From positions 112,902,001 through 112,966,000 of the forward strand of contig OX597818.1 of NCBI GenBank assembly GCA_951406725.2: 64,000 bases of DNA, given 5' to 3'. Under the pieces are notes generated by a model that ran no database searches, was not told the origin of the DNA, and was given only the letters and a program-made list of their open reading frames with translations. Made by a program: the position numbers and the translations under genes. Shown piece by piece: positions 1-14,430 of the stretch (position 1 is its first letter; each line of letters opens with the position of its first letter). The stretch is from Octopus vulgaris. Its lineage: Eukaryota.

Positions 1-152
1 GAAAAGGTCAACAATATTTAGAGTTAAAGGAAACATTTCCAGGGAAATGTGTATAGGATATAAACTAAATTTTAACAAGATTTGGCGATCCTTCGATATT
101 AGGGCAAGTTTTCTATTTCATCTGAGAACACCGCTAAAAGTATACTTTTTCT

Positions 153-235
<83 letters not shown>

Positions 236-279
236 ATCATTTACATATGCCTGCATACATGCATGTATGTATGTATGTA

Positions 280-317
<38 letters not shown>

Positions 318-320
318 AAT

Positions 321-876
<556 letters not shown>

Positions 877-2680
877 AGGCATGCATGTATGTATGTATGT
901 ACGTATGTATAAATACAGACATAAATACTCACACACAGTAAAGAGGTTGGGTTAGACAGGATCTCTGATACGGTAGAATGATATGGAGGAGAGGATGTTG
1001 CACATACAACACGATCCCATCCCACTGGACGTCGCTGATGGATTTAAAGGAAGAGAGCGGCCTTTAAAATTTGGTGCCAATTTCGATGCTGGAGTTACCA
1101 GAACGAGGTTATACGTAACGACACTTTACCACAGGAGCACTAACTGATAATTGCTCTTTGTTTCCTTCAGAAGCCTCTCCCACGTAGAGGGAAGGCTACA
1201 TGGCATCAGAAGTCTACTGTCGAAAATATCTACAACAGTTTAATCGTAACATGTTCCTGGTTAATTTTCATGATTGTTTATTCAATCCATTTGCAGGTGA
1301 TATACAATTTTAGTGGAATTGTTTGTCGTCACTTACTGGTGTGTTTGAAAATACGAATATTGTTTGTCATTTTATGAAATAAATTTTGAAGATGAAAAAC
1401 GTTTCACCCGTGGATTGTAAATAGACAATCTATGGGAAAGTAGTTTATTTCACTATCAGGAACATTGCAACTAATTAAAATTAAAAGTTTACCCATTCAC
1501 AAAATGCTTATACAATTCTTTGCATACAGTATTACCGTATTATTCTTGAATACAGTATTACCGTATTATTTTCAAATAGAAATCCTCGCAATAGCTGTTT
1601 CTTTGTAAAGAACAATTTATTTGGAATAGTTATTTTGTCAGACAAAGCAGCATATATAAGATAAACGTTAACCAAGTCAGTTAGATCAATTTTATCATAT
1701 AAGTGGGCTGGTATAATTTAAAACTATGGAATGCGATATTGGCAATTTAAAAGGTCAAGGGAAATGAAAAGAAAAAATGCCCCAATATCCCATATGAATC
1801 AACCGTGATACTGGAGAACAAACGCATCCGTTTTGATATTCAAACGTAAAATTAGTGTCACTTTCGTGACTTCACGTCTTCGTGACTTCACGTCTTCGTG
1901 AGATGTATGTTTTTCTTGCATATGCGCAGTTTCTATTGTGTGTGTGTATGTTTTAGCCTGTACGTATGTAACGTGTCTTGGTATGGCTCTCAAAAGAAGT
2001 GCCAGTTTTTCAAGTACAGTCTTCGCTGTCTTATGAACGCACATTCACCAGTATAGATAGATCTGTGAATGTTATAGGGCATCAAATTAAAATTAATGGT
2101 GAAGGCTCAGGCGCTGCTCGGTTAAGATGTATGTTTCCAAGATGTTATATCAATATGAATGTTATTTTCGTTTATTTGGTAAAGAAGATTATTGTCATCG
2201 CATCGAAGGGCGATAACTTCAAGGTGCGAAAATATCTATATATCAAGTGTCATCACTCCAAAGATTAGGAGCAGCATTTTATATAAGAGAGACACTGTAT
2301 CATCTGACTTATGTAATGTCGAGAAATTTTTTGATGTAATGCTATGACATTGTATAAACATGAGTATCCAATACGCACATCGTGATCAGGCGGCATAATT
2401 TTCAATGGCAATAAAGAAGCTGAAATCCACATGTGCAGACACGAACCATTTTATACATGTTATTTCTTTTCCTTCGTGACACCGTAATATAAAATTTTGA
2501 GAAAGGAAATATTTATCGTATTTTAATACAGCATATCTAATTCATAATTTATTTCTAGAATATACATTAGAATATTATATTTACTCTAGTCTAATGCTCG
2601 TTGTGATTATATCATAAATATCACATGCATTAATAAAAGAATATCGCAATACACACACACACATACACATATAAGTATAT

Positions 2681-2757
<77 letters not shown>

Positions 2758-3682
2758 TATATATATATACAGATAGATAGATAGATAGATAGATACATAT
2801 GTACATATGTAAATGTATATATATATGTATATATATATATATATGCATGTATGTAAATGTATATGTATGCGTGTGTGTGAGTGTGTGTATGTACGTATGC
2901 ATGTATGTAAATGTGTATATATAAATATAAATATATATGTGTATATACATATATATGAGTGTGTATGTGTGTGTGTGTTTATGTGGACATAACAGCTTAT
3001 AAAGAAATATAATGCTATTCATGCAGCGCTTTATGGAATCTTTAAGTTTTATTATATCGTCAAAAATAGTATACACTGCAAATACTTTCAAACAAGATCC
3101 AAAAATAATCTTCCATAAAGGATACAAAAATTTCAGGTGAATTTATTACCGCAGATTTAACTCAAACAAACAACTAGAAACACATTATTCAGTTTCCATT
3201 TGTCTAGGAAATCTCGTTAATACCTCGTAATCCCATGACTTTTGTAACAGCAGACTATTTTAAGAATACACTTGCAATTCTTCAGCGTACCTATCTTATT
3301 AGGTGTTCTGACCCTTCGAGGCTTGGAAAACAGTATTGCTATTCTCGTTATTCAATTCTTACTCTTGCACTTTGTAGTCTCACGAATGAGCTATTCTTGT
3401 TTTTTTAACGTTATCACTTAAATAAAATACAGGAACATATGAAGCGATTACATTTATCAAAACCACAAGTTCTTATTCAACTTCTTTTCCTTGGTCTTCT
3501 TCCTCTCTTCCATATTCTTGGTAGCTTATTCTATACTACTTCTACACCACCATTTCGAGATCCGTGTGGGTAATTGCCCTTTGTTTAATTAGAATTAGGA
3601 AAAATAAAGTCAATGACACAATAACTTTTTCTCTAGTGATATCGGTTTAAAATATTGACTCAAGGAGAGCAATTCCGGTTGA

Positions 3683-3820
3683 GGGGTAAGTTGATTACAT
3701 CGGTCGCAGTGCTCAAACGGTACTTATTTTATCGACCACGTAATGGTGAAAGGCACTGTCTACCTCCACGGAATTTAAATTCAGAATGTTAATGCGGACG
3801 AAATGCTGCTAATCACTAAG
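3683..3820 (-). mobile_element. SINE family B fragment (decayed)
   Basis: GGTACTTATTTTATCGACC...AAAGGC...GGAATTTAAATTCAGAATG is similar to family B copies such as 42278-42498. Confidence 0.7.
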
Positions 3821-5810
3821 AGCTTTTTGTCCTCAACGAAAGCAGAAGAGAGGTTGCACTCAATACTTTCGACACTACATCCTGAATAACAACAGCAGTG
3901 TAGAATAGTAACGACGCGTAAATACAGCAGTGAAGAAAACAAAATAAACAGCAGTTCCCACATCAACGATATCAACATTAGCAGCAGAAGCGGTATGACA
4001 ACGGCAACTGCAGATGTGACCACAACAAGATTAGTAAAAACAACATCAGCAATGGCGTTCACCGCAACAGACATAATACCCGACCTCCCAGGAAAGTTTC
4101 CATCTCAATGCAATTTCTTTTCTTCTTCATCTCTTTCTTCTTTCAAAGCCAACTACATAGATCGACACAACGAATACCCCACCACCACTACCTAACCCAC
4201 ATCGGATTCTTTGGACGAGAAAAACTTATTCTTGAGTTGGTGAAGGACATTGAATTCTCAAAACAGGAAAAGAATAGTATTTTAAGGAAAAAGCTACAGT
4301 TTCTTCAGACAGTTCACACTTCAACGTGTAGCATAAACAAAACCACGTCCATCTTAATGCAGATAATGCAACACTGGCACGAATACCATTATTCCTAACA
4401 CCAAACACACAAAAAAAAAAACAAAGAGAGAAAAGAAATAACGGAGTTACGCCAGCTGGTGAGTGCACAAATGCAACAATATCCGAAATCGGAACTCAAC
4501 TTCAACTTTTGCGTGAGGAAGTAGGACTAGTCAAACTTTGATATTCTTCATGGCACAAAATTCCAGGAATGAGATCAATAGTTTAATATGATAAGGCTAG
4601 AGTAGCACACTTATTCAACAATAAGGTGTAATTTCCACATTGAAATGGAAAACCCAAGTACAAGGGCCAGCTCTAGCGTCCTAAGTGATTTTTAAAAAAA
4701 AGGAGCAGCAAAATTTCATGGATCTCAAGTCTGCCGGTTTTGGTACCAGCAGACTAGTAAGTAAACTTTTTCTTTATCAATATAGTTTTTACGACCAGCT
4801 TTTAAAGAGAGTTGTATAAATCCATTTGAACTGAGACCCTCTAGAAGCAGCATAACTTGCTGAATGACGAGTATGTCGGACATAAGTGCCTTGGAACGCA
4901 GTTTGGACGGGGTTTCAGAACTTTGCATCTCTTGCTCGACCTGGAATATGAGGAAGTGCGTCGGTACTGTCTCGGAAAAACCTGGGCCTCGAGATACTTC
5001 CAATCTTCATAGACACGGACGGTAAGTTAGCGGTCCTGCCAATAAACTACTCGCTATATATAAACCTCGACTGAGAAAGAGTAACGACATTTCCTCACAT
5101 GCCTAAAAGTTTTTCTTCACGAAGGCAAATGGAATTCTATTCGTTATGCATATCTGATTGTGTGAAGTTAATGGAAAGGAGAATGGATGTAATAGCCACG
5201 CAAAACTGATCAGTCGAATTCAATTGCCTGATAAGTAACAACTGTTTGTGCTAATCATATTAAAAGATAAGACAGACAAGAAAAGTCTCCCATTTTCGGA
5301 ATTCAATGTCCCCGTTTCTTTCGTTATATTTCTCGTTATTATTTTAGATATCAAGCGAGTTCAAGTATGTCAATTGTCGTTCTCCTAAATTTCTGTTATG
5401 TTGCGCAAACTTGTTTTGTAGAATATTGATAAACGATATTGTGTATTAGAGGTTGTAACCTTTTGTTTTGTAGTCATTTTTCCTGTTTATTAAAATTCTT
5501 GTTATCAGTTTCAGTGTTCAAAGATTAAATTATTTGTTGTAAAACTGGCGCCTCCATTTATATTTCCTTCCTGATAAAAGCCTTTTACTTCTCCAGTAAA
5601 GAAAGCTACATTTTTAACTCTTGAATCACAATATAATTCGAAGCAAACTCATATGTCTTCCATAAGTATTTTTTTAGTTTCCAAACGTCACAGTTTGTAA
5701 AGTAATCTAAAGGCAAATATTTTTCAGCCATTAAAACAAGAAGTCAGTATTTCCTTTTCCTCAATCACCGAACCAACATACTCTGCATCAAAGGATGACT
5801 GCATATTTCA

Positions 5811-6026
5811 CGGATTAAAATTCGCAAATACAGTAAAAGAGCATTCAGCGAACACATCCACAGTTGCGCCACTAACGAACAACCAAAATTCAGAATTTTT
5901 CCCCTCTATAAATTCAGGGACCATGCAGCCTGTAATCGGCACATTAACAGCGAGTCATATTTTATCGCGAAATATAAACCCATTTTGAATGCGTCCGCCA
6001 TAAATGACACTAATACAAGGGCCTAA
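5811..6026 (+). pseudogene. Penelope-like element GIY-YIG endonuclease C-terminal relic
   Basis: An open frame without Met reads RIKIRKYSKRAFSEHIHSCATNEQPKFRIFPLYKFRDHAACNRHINSESYFIAKYKPILNA. The SEH..C, R...E..FI and KP.LN pattern is typical of PLE GIY-YIG C-termini. It is frameshifted from an upstream RMTA motif. Confidence 0.7.
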
Positions 6027-6216
6027 GAATAACAGCTACGCAAATATTAAAAACGATGTATTCAGAACAGTGACTCCCCATGAATTTATTCTGACCAATT
6101 CCACTCAATACTATAATAACCACAACAAGACACTTTTAGGTCACTTGACCATTTAAGAAGCTTCCACCAACATCCTACTGCGTCTTATTATTTCTCCTCT
6201 TTTCTTACTCCCGCTT

Positions 6217-6276
6217 TTCTTCTTCTTCTTCTTCTTCTTCTTCTTCTTCTTCTTCTTCTTCTTCTTCTTCTTCTTC
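6217..6276. repeat. (CTT)n microsatellite
   Basis: Direct reading. Confidence 0.95.
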
Positions 6277-6428
6277 GCCTCCTTCCTCTGTTACTGCTGC
6301 TTAAACAATCAAAACCAACAACGTACATCCGCCATATCAAGTATTCTTTTAGATCTTCTACTTACCACCTACTACCTTTTAGCTAACGTGAATGTGAAGT
6401 CGATGTGGAAATCTTCACTGATCATACA

Positions 6429-6516
<88 letters not shown>

Positions 6517-7902
6517 ATACTATGATTAATACGATGCTATGTGTCCAGGTCCACTTTAGCCTTTTAGTTAATTTCTCCTTATCTCAACCTGTCAGATACG
6601 CGAAACTTTATCATTTAATTTCTGAACTGTCTAAAATTCCCTCTACAAGTTGCACTAATATACTGTACATTTCGACGTGAAATTCCCACTACAAATACTG
6701 TCTAATATTAATGAAACAGATGGAACTAGAAATTTTCAAGTCACTTTAAGTTGTCCGCCATTCTGCCCCAGTTCACCATTCATCGCAAAAATGTTTAACA
6801 AGTTCATCTGCAAATCAAGGTCATACTATATCCAACAATTTAACCAACTTACAACCTAAACAAAGGCCAAGACACCTTTATGACTTACGTTGCGGTCATT
6901 GGATGATCTATCAATAAGTTTGTAATCGACATTTTATTTCTGGATATGCCCACATGTGCAAATTTATGACGTAGTTGTTTACAAAGAGCGTATGAGATAT
7001 ACTACGGAAGCCTTTGCCGGATGTTATTTTTGATGTGTATATTTATATGCATTTCCTTGTGTTTTTTCTTATTTACTCGGTTAACATGTCTGTGTTTAAC
7101 ACTAATTTCTACTGAAGAAATAATATTTAGTTTGTGTTTTAAGAATTCTGTGTAGTTTTAGGATTAAAGTTTTGCTTTGATAATTTGTAGTCACAATTTT
7201 AGGTGTCGTTTGATAATTTTTAGGTAGTTTATAGAGATTTTTCCTTATTTTCTGTAGTTGCGTATGCCTTTATAGGTGTCTTTGCTGTTGTTTTTGTCTT
7301 TGGTGCTATATTTAATTACAAACGCAGATCAAGCTTGTGTGTAAAATTCTCAAGTATACATTTCTCATGTGCACATCAAATAATGATGCCGATGGAACGT
7401 TCACGCGAGTAACAGTATATGCTATTCTTATAATGAACATAAAAAGTTGCCATTGAGCAGAATGTCAGAAAGGCCTTAAAGCAGAAACTATCGACAATCT
7501 TCTCTTTAGCATGTTAGACACGAACTTGTGAATAGAAAACACACCTGCCACCGTGGGTTGGATAGTTCCGGCTGCTTTCTTGAGTCAGGTGGCTCTTGCA
7601 AAGGAATTTAGTATGTTGTGTATGACTGTAAGGACAGTGGGCAAACTGGTGTCACATCCACTGCGACATCTTCATGTTCTCTTTGGGCAGAAGATTGACG
7701 GTGGAATAGAAGATTCTATGTATCTTGTAATGATGGGAATTTCACGGTTAAATGGGACTATACTTAACATGCGACTCTACAATTCAGAATACAGTTAGGA
7801 GGCTTTAGATTAATTCTACAAACATTAACTTACTTTGGCCTTACGATGTGATTTTTCTCTTGGAATATTATCTTATATATGTACAGTGATGCTGTTTCAT
7901 AT

Positions 7903-8112
7903 CTCTTCTCTCTTACCTGTTGCAGTCATCAGACTGTGGCCATGCTGGGGCACTACCATAAAGAATTCTAGTCAAATGAACAGACGTCAGTACTTATGTT
8001 TTTAAGATTGATATTTATTCTCGTGGTCTCGTTTGCTGGCCTGTTCAATTGTGGGCCTAAACACATACCGTCTACTTATCAAGTGGTTGTGGGGGAGGAA
8101 AAAATTCAGACA
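7903..8112 (-). mobile_element. SINE family A, 3' half (diverged)
   Basis: CAGTCATCAGACTGTGGCCATGCTGGGGCAC...CAGTACTTAT matches the family A 3' part. Confidence 0.7.
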
Positions 8113-8130
8113 CGAGCGCGCACATATGTA

Positions 8131-8208
8131 CAGTAATCCCTCGACTATCGCGGGTGTTACGTTCCACAAACATACGCGATATGTGAAACGTGATATGGCA
8201 CGGGTATA

Positions 8209-8211
<3 letters not shown>
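8131..8211. mobile_element. pogo/Tigger-like MITE (internally deleted)
   Basis: TA|CAGTAATCCCTCGACTATCGCGG ... GGGTATACTG|TA gives imperfect TIRs (CAGTAATCCC vs CAGTATACCC) with TA on both sides. Confidence 0.6.
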
Positions 8212-8254
<43 letters not shown>

Positions 8255-8257
<3 letters not shown>

Positions 8258-8362
8258 AATAATATACAAATAAATATCTGTAAATATAAACCATCCGATT
8301 TTCTGAGTACCTCATTTCTTCTAATATAAATTGCCTGTACATCATCTCCAAACCTTCCAATA
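8255..8362. repeat. Short dispersed repeat abutting (TA)n; second copy inverted at 26187-26290
   Basis: AAATATCTGTAAATATAAACCATCC...TACCTCATTTCTTCTAATATA...CATCATCTCCAAACCTTC is the reverse complement of 26187-26290. Both copies adjoin (TA)n. Confidence 0.8.
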
Positions 8363-8380
8363 TATATATATTCATTATTT

Positions 8381-8551
8381 TATTCTTTTACTTGTTTTAG
8401 TCATGTGACTGAGGTCAGGCTGGAGCTCGGGCTGTAGTCAAGCGAATCGACCCCAAAGTTTATTCTTTGTGAGCCTACCGCTTAATCTGTAGGTCCCTTT
8501 TGCAAAACCGCTAAGTTATGGGCGCGTTAACACACCAGCATCGGTTGTCAA

Positions 8552-8626
<75 letters not shown>

Positions 8627-8786
8627 ACGGGCTTCTTAAAGCTTCCGTCTACCAAATCCACTCACAAGTCTTTGGTCGGCCCGAAGTTATGGTCGAAGAC
8701 ACTTGCCCAAGTTATCACGCAGTGGGACAGCACCCAGGAGGAGTCGTTGGGGAGCAAGATGTCCACCATACAGCCGCGCCTGTACC
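8381..8786 (-). mobile_element. SINE family A (diverged, internal (CA)/(TA)n)
   Basis: Same head, tail and internal microsatellite architecture as 19122-19540. Confidence 0.85.
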
Positions 8787-8862
8787 TTCATGAGAATTTT
8801 GAATAAAAAGCTAGTAATTATATTTGTTGCAGCATCTCTGAAAGAAAGGAAACTACATTATA

Positions 8863-8875
8863 CTATTATTATTAA

Positions 8876-8938
<63 letters not shown>

Positions 8939-8946
8939 CATTATTA
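8863..8946. repeat. (TTA)n microsatellite, 3' flank of the Dong-type LINE
   Basis: Direct reading. Confidence 0.95.
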
Positions 8947-9765
<819 letters not shown>

Positions 9766-9937
9766 CAATATTATTTTGGTTGGTTGTTCTTTCCACTGTT
9801 CTTTATTTGTTTCGCTTCACATTTTTTGTTTGTTTCACTGGCGTGGCACCATCCTAATTTTCTTACTTGCACTTTTAGCGCTATATTGTGACTAAAATTT
9901 ATTCATCTTGTGCGTTTATCAGTTTATCATCATCATT

Positions 9938-9979
<42 letters not shown>

Positions 9980-10022
9980 TTCTCTGTATTATTATTATTA
10001 TTATTTGTAGTAGTAGTAGTAG

Positions 10023-10056
<34 letters not shown>

Positions 10057-10435
10057 GGTGGTGGTGGTGGTGGTGATAATTGATGTTTTTTTGCTTTAAC
10101 AGTTATGTCTCACACCGTAGATATCAATAGTTCGATATATATATGTATCGATTATTTGTTCAGATGATTTTAAACACGCAACTTCTTTAAAGAGGAAGTG
10201 GCTGTATATTCTATAATATGAAGGAAATATAGAATATGAAGCGGTGTTTGCCAAAAGAAATGAAGGAATATTGTTCTCCGCTTGGTTAATAAAGCACAAC
10301 TCTCACAATCCTTTCCTCAGTGTACACATATATGATGAATTATTTAACGGTGCGTATTTGGCTTTTTTCATAGAATTCAATTAATACATAAAATTATAAA
10401 TTCGAGCAGAAAGGAATGTACCAAAATAATTGTGT

Positions 10436-10591
10436 AGACGCGGGCGTGGCTGTGTGGTATGAGCTTTACTTCTGGACTAAATAGATCCCGGTTCAGTCTC
10501 ACAGCGTGGCACATTAGGCTTCTACTGTAACCTCGTGCTATAGTGGATTTGGTAGATGGCAACTGAAGGAAGCCCACCATCTATTTATCTG

Positions 10592-10672
<81 letters not shown>

Positions 10673-10686
10673 TTATCTGTCGTATA
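10436..10686 (+). mobile_element. SINE family A 5' half with internal (CTAT)n
   Basis: GACGCGGGCGTGGCTGTGTGGTA...GGTTCAGTCTC...GGATTTGGTAGATGGCAACTGAAGGAAGCCC. Confidence 0.8.
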
Positions 10687-10941
10687 CTCCCTGCATGTTT
10701 TAGAAAAGACATCACAGAATGTCTCCCGGATGTTGTATGTCATGTTTTTTCCCCTCCATTTTCTTTTTTGCCGTATAAAATAAGGGTAAGCTACTCTCTA
10801 CCCCACGCATATATGACACTCGATTGCGAAATTACTACGCAATAACCAACACTTGGTTATTAATAATTGGGTACATTACCAACAGTATATTGGATAGATA
10901 CTATCCCTTCGTTGGTTGACTTCCCAACTTCTAACACTCAC

Positions 10942-10987
<46 letters not shown>

Positions 10988-10992
<5 letters not shown>

Positions 10993-11181
10993 ATCCAAAC
11001 AAGAAAGCACAAAAAAGCACAAAAAAAACACAACAACGCGAGGACGTGCAACAAATATAGTATTATTGGACGCTCAGGAAAGAAGGGAAGAAGGAGGGTT
11101 TAACGTTTCGAGCGGAGCTCTTCGTCGGAAACATAGGAGAAAGAAAGATCCCGAGAAGGGAAGACAGAGGAAAAAAAACAA
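10988..11181 (-). mobile_element. Short PLE-derived element between (TA)n tracts, with minimal HHR-like motif (11098-11132)
   Basis: Minus strand reads GTTT CCGACGA A GAGC-TCC-GCTC GAAA CGTT AAAC (U4C core variant). It is related to 42060-42215. Confidence 0.65.
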
Positions 11182-11780
11182 CATATATATATATACATAT
11201 ACATTTATATTTCTTATTTTTTTCCCTCCCCACTCTCTCACATCTTAACTCCCACTATTTCCCACTCGTTTATCTCCCCTATAGCTTTCTCTTTGTCTCT
11301 GATTTTTTTCTATCCTTCAATTTCACTGTCCCCTACCCATCTATCCTCCTTCAACGTGACTGGAGTCCGGCCAGCAACCTGGGTGGTTGGCAGGCGAAAT
11401 AGCATTATTTATTTATAAATTTGCACAAAACATAAGGATGCATAAACGCTAGAAATAAGAGCTAAAGCCTTAATTAAACCACTGTACAACACCAAGATAA
11501 CAGAGAAATAACAGTAGGCGAGGAAATGGAAAGAATTAATACGTTCAAAAGCACGACTATAAAAGATTATGCAGTTTAGGACATTCACATAGCTGGGATT
11601 CGGCTTTTGGAAATTTAATCCTTGAGCCCTTTCAGTGTAGCCCACCTAGTAACAATTCAAGATCACCTAGTAACAATTAAACTCCGCTAGTGTACAGGTT
11701 TTGTTTTCCTGCAAAAACACAGGACATGGTGCGGAAATATTTCTAAACAAAACATTCAAACACTAAAAGTTTAAATAATA

Positions 11781-11849
<69 letters not shown>

Positions 11850-12075
11850 GAAATATTAAAATTACTAAGTCTCTCTAAAAGAGAACAACGGCAGCGTTCC
11901 CGGAAAATATTAGTTATCGCCATACTAATATGGCATTCTTATAAAAATAAGAATAAAGCTGACCGCTTATTAGCTCCATGAGGCCATTGCCTTAAGTTAG
12001 CTATTTGATACACAAACTGTATCCATATAACATTTGAACAAGGGAGGTCAGTCGCTCCACACTACTTGGCCGGCG

Positions 12076-12122
12076 GCTACAGACGCGTTTCGGGGTATTG
12101 CCCCTTTTCAATGCAGCGTAGC
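12076..12122 (-). ncRNA. Minimal type I hammerhead ribozyme (U3-A8 variant), inverted unit
   Basis: GCTGCA TTGAAAA GGGG-CAATA-CCCC GAAA CGCG TC^TGTAGC on the minus strand. Confidence 0.75.
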
Positions 12123-12312
12123 CAAACCAGTAGGTGTCGCTTCTGACAATCTCTGTTCAAAGGTTTTATTTACCTAGCTGTCGTTGTTCTCTTTTAGAGA
12201 GACTTAGTAATTTTAATATTTCTATTATTGAAAACAAGTGGATGTATTCCACCGAAGCTAGGTAAATAAAACCTTTGAACAGAGATTGTCAGAAGCGACA
12301 CCTACTGGTTTG

Positions 12313-12359
12313 GCTACGCTGCATTGAAAAGGGGCAATACCCTGAAACGCGTCTGTAGC
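12313..12359 (+). ncRNA. Minimal type I hammerhead ribozyme (U3-A8 variant), unit 1
   Basis: Stem I GCTGCA/TGTAGC, core TTGAAAA, stem II GGGG/CCCT, GAAA, palindromic stem III ACGCGT, GUC cleavage triplet. Confidence 0.75.
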
Positions 12360-12675
12360 TGCCGGCCAAGTAGTGTGGAGCGACTGACCTCCCTTGTTCA
12401 AAGGTTATATGGATACAGTTTGTGTATCAAATAGCTAACTTAAGGCGATGGCCTCATGGAGCTAATAAGCGGTCAGCTTTATTCTTATTTTTATAAGAAT
12501 GCCATATTAGTATGGCGATAACTAATATTTTCCGGGAACGCTGCCGTTGTTCTCTTTTAGAGAGACTTAGTAATTTTAATATTTATATTATTGAAAACAA
12601 GTGGATGTATTCCACCGAAGCTAGGTAAATAAAACCTTTGAACAGAGATTGTCAGAAGCGACACCTACTGGTTTG

Positions 12676-12722
12676 GCTACGCTGCATTGAAAAGGGGCAA
12701 TACCCCGAAACGCGTCTGTAGC
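12676..12722 (+). ncRNA. Minimal type I hammerhead ribozyme (U3-A8 variant), unit 2
   Basis: As unit 1, with stem II GGGG/CCCC. Confidence 0.75.
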
Positions 12723-13039
12723 TGCCGGCCAAGTAGTGTGGAGCGACTGACCTCCCTTGTTCAAAGGTTATATGGATACAGTTTGTGTATCAAATAGCTA
12801 ACTTAAGGCGATGGCCTCATGGAGCTAATAAGCGGTCAGCTTTATTCTTATTTTTATAAGAATGCCATATTAGTATGGCGATAACTAATATTTTCCGGGA
12901 ACGCTGCCGTTGTTCTCTTTTAGAGAGACTTAGTAATTTTAATATTTCTATTATTGAAAACAAGTGGATGTATTCCACCGAAGCTAGGTAAATAAAAACC
13001 TTTGAACAGAGATTGTCAGAAGCGACACCTACTGGTTTG

Positions 13040-13086
13040 GCTACGCTGCATTGAAAAGGGGCAATACCCCGAAACGCGTCTGTAGC
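13040..13086 (+). ncRNA. Minimal type I hammerhead ribozyme (U3-A8 variant), unit 3
   Basis: As unit 2. Confidence 0.75.
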
Positions 13087-13252
13087 TGCCGGCCAAGTAG
13101 TGTGGAGCGACTGACCTCCCTTGTTCAAAGGTTATATGGATACAGTTTGTGTATCAAATAGCTAACTTAAGGCGATGGCCTCATGGAGCTAATAAGCGGT
13201 CAGCTTTATTCTTATTTTTATAAGAATGCCATATTAGTATGGCGATAACTAA

Positions 13253-13300
<48 letters not shown>

Positions 13301-13761
13301 CATACATACATACATATATATATACATATGTATATATTCTGTGTGTATAGAGTGTTTGATGTGGCGTACAAATATTGTATCCTGAGAAGGTGGCAGTCTG
13401 ACTGCCTCTTTTTTCTCAACATATGTGTGTGTGTGTGCGTGTGTTTGTGTTTGTGTGTGTGAGTAAGGAGAAGAGGAAGGAGAAGAATATAAACAACAAA
13501 GTGATTAAAGAATCCAGGCAGATACCATTAAGTACTAAATTTTAAACGAATTTGGTCAACTATATCAGACGATTAGACACCAATATAAGCCAGTAGGTAG
13601 ATCTTCATGTATGACATGTAGATCCAAATGGTATTCAGAAGAACTTCGAGAAATTCAGGCTACTAGGCAATACTAATACGGATAGAGGACATCACATGGT
13701 TAATTTACAAAACCGACGATAATTTCTGTTGCATCAATACTTTTAGATACAGGCATAAACC

Positions 13762-13958
13762 TTAGCATCCCGAACGAAATGCTAAGTGTTCACGTTCTGA
13801 GTTCAAATTCCGTCGAGGTCGACTTTGCCTTTCATCCTTTCCGTGTCAATTAAATACGGACCAGTTACGCACTGGGGTCGATGTAATCGACTTAATCTCT
13901 TTGTCTGTCTTTGTTTGTCCCCTGTATGTTTAGCCCCCTGTGATCAATAATTAAATAA
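13762..13958 (+). mobile_element. SINE family B (5' eroded)
   Basis: TTCTGAGTTCAAATTCCGTCGAGGTCGACTTTGCCTTTCATCC...GGGGTCGATGTAATCGACTTAATC...TAGCCCCCTGTG. Confidence 0.85.
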
Positions 13959-14389
13959 TATATTTTGACACAGGGAATATTATTCAAATTATCAATGTAC
14001 GTGCTGAAAATATTTCTAAGGCGATCCAAAATTAATCAAATTCGGAGTGAAATATTGGCTTTAAAACATTTTGTTAATTTTCGGATTTATTAATTTCAAA
14101 AATATGCTTTATGTCTAATAATGTAATAATGTTGACGCGACAGAAACTATTGTCAGTTTTGTATGGTGAATTTAATAATTAAAGATACGAATTTCTCCAT
14201 CCGTATTTTTGTTGCTACGTTGTTATATTGTAACACACACACACAAACACACACATACACACGCATTCATGGAAAATCATAATATATGCACATATCTATA
14301 ACTATATCTATCTAGCTATCTTATACACAATAGTTATATGTCCAAGTGTGCATTATGCGCGTGTTCTTGTGTATATATATGTATCTACG

Positions 14390-14430
<41 letters not shown>

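Larger units (their letters stand above)
11845..13257 (+). mobile_element. Retrozyme-like/PLE-derived array: ~3 tandem 363-bp units plus one inverted partial unit, between (TA)n tracts
   Basis: The anchor CGTTGTTCTCTTTTAGAGAG occurs at 12182, 12545 and 12908 (period 363). 11845-12179 is the reverse complement of ~12257-12590. Each unit carries one HHR. Confidence 0.9.

Noticed and set aside
1525-1900. Small tandem duplications (TACAGTATTACCGTATTATT x2; TTCGTGACTTCACGTC x2)
   Set aside because: Ordinary slippage duplications. Similar cases lie at 11643-11678, 27701-27752 and 38797-38970.
4785-5021. Putative exon bounded by AG and GTAAGT
   Set aside because: Stops occur in all three frames and no homology is recognised.
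11357-11405. Hammerhead-like CTGGAGTCC...GGCGAAA
   Set aside because: The core is incomplete and there is no stem I or III.
12817-13128. 103-aa ORF in the 363-bp array
   Set aside because: It depends on a single extra A in unit 3, is antisense to the ribozyme, and has no recognisable domain.
11845-13257. CRISPR-like array
   Set aside because: Whole units are repeated without unique spacers, the context is eukaryotic, and there are no cas genes.
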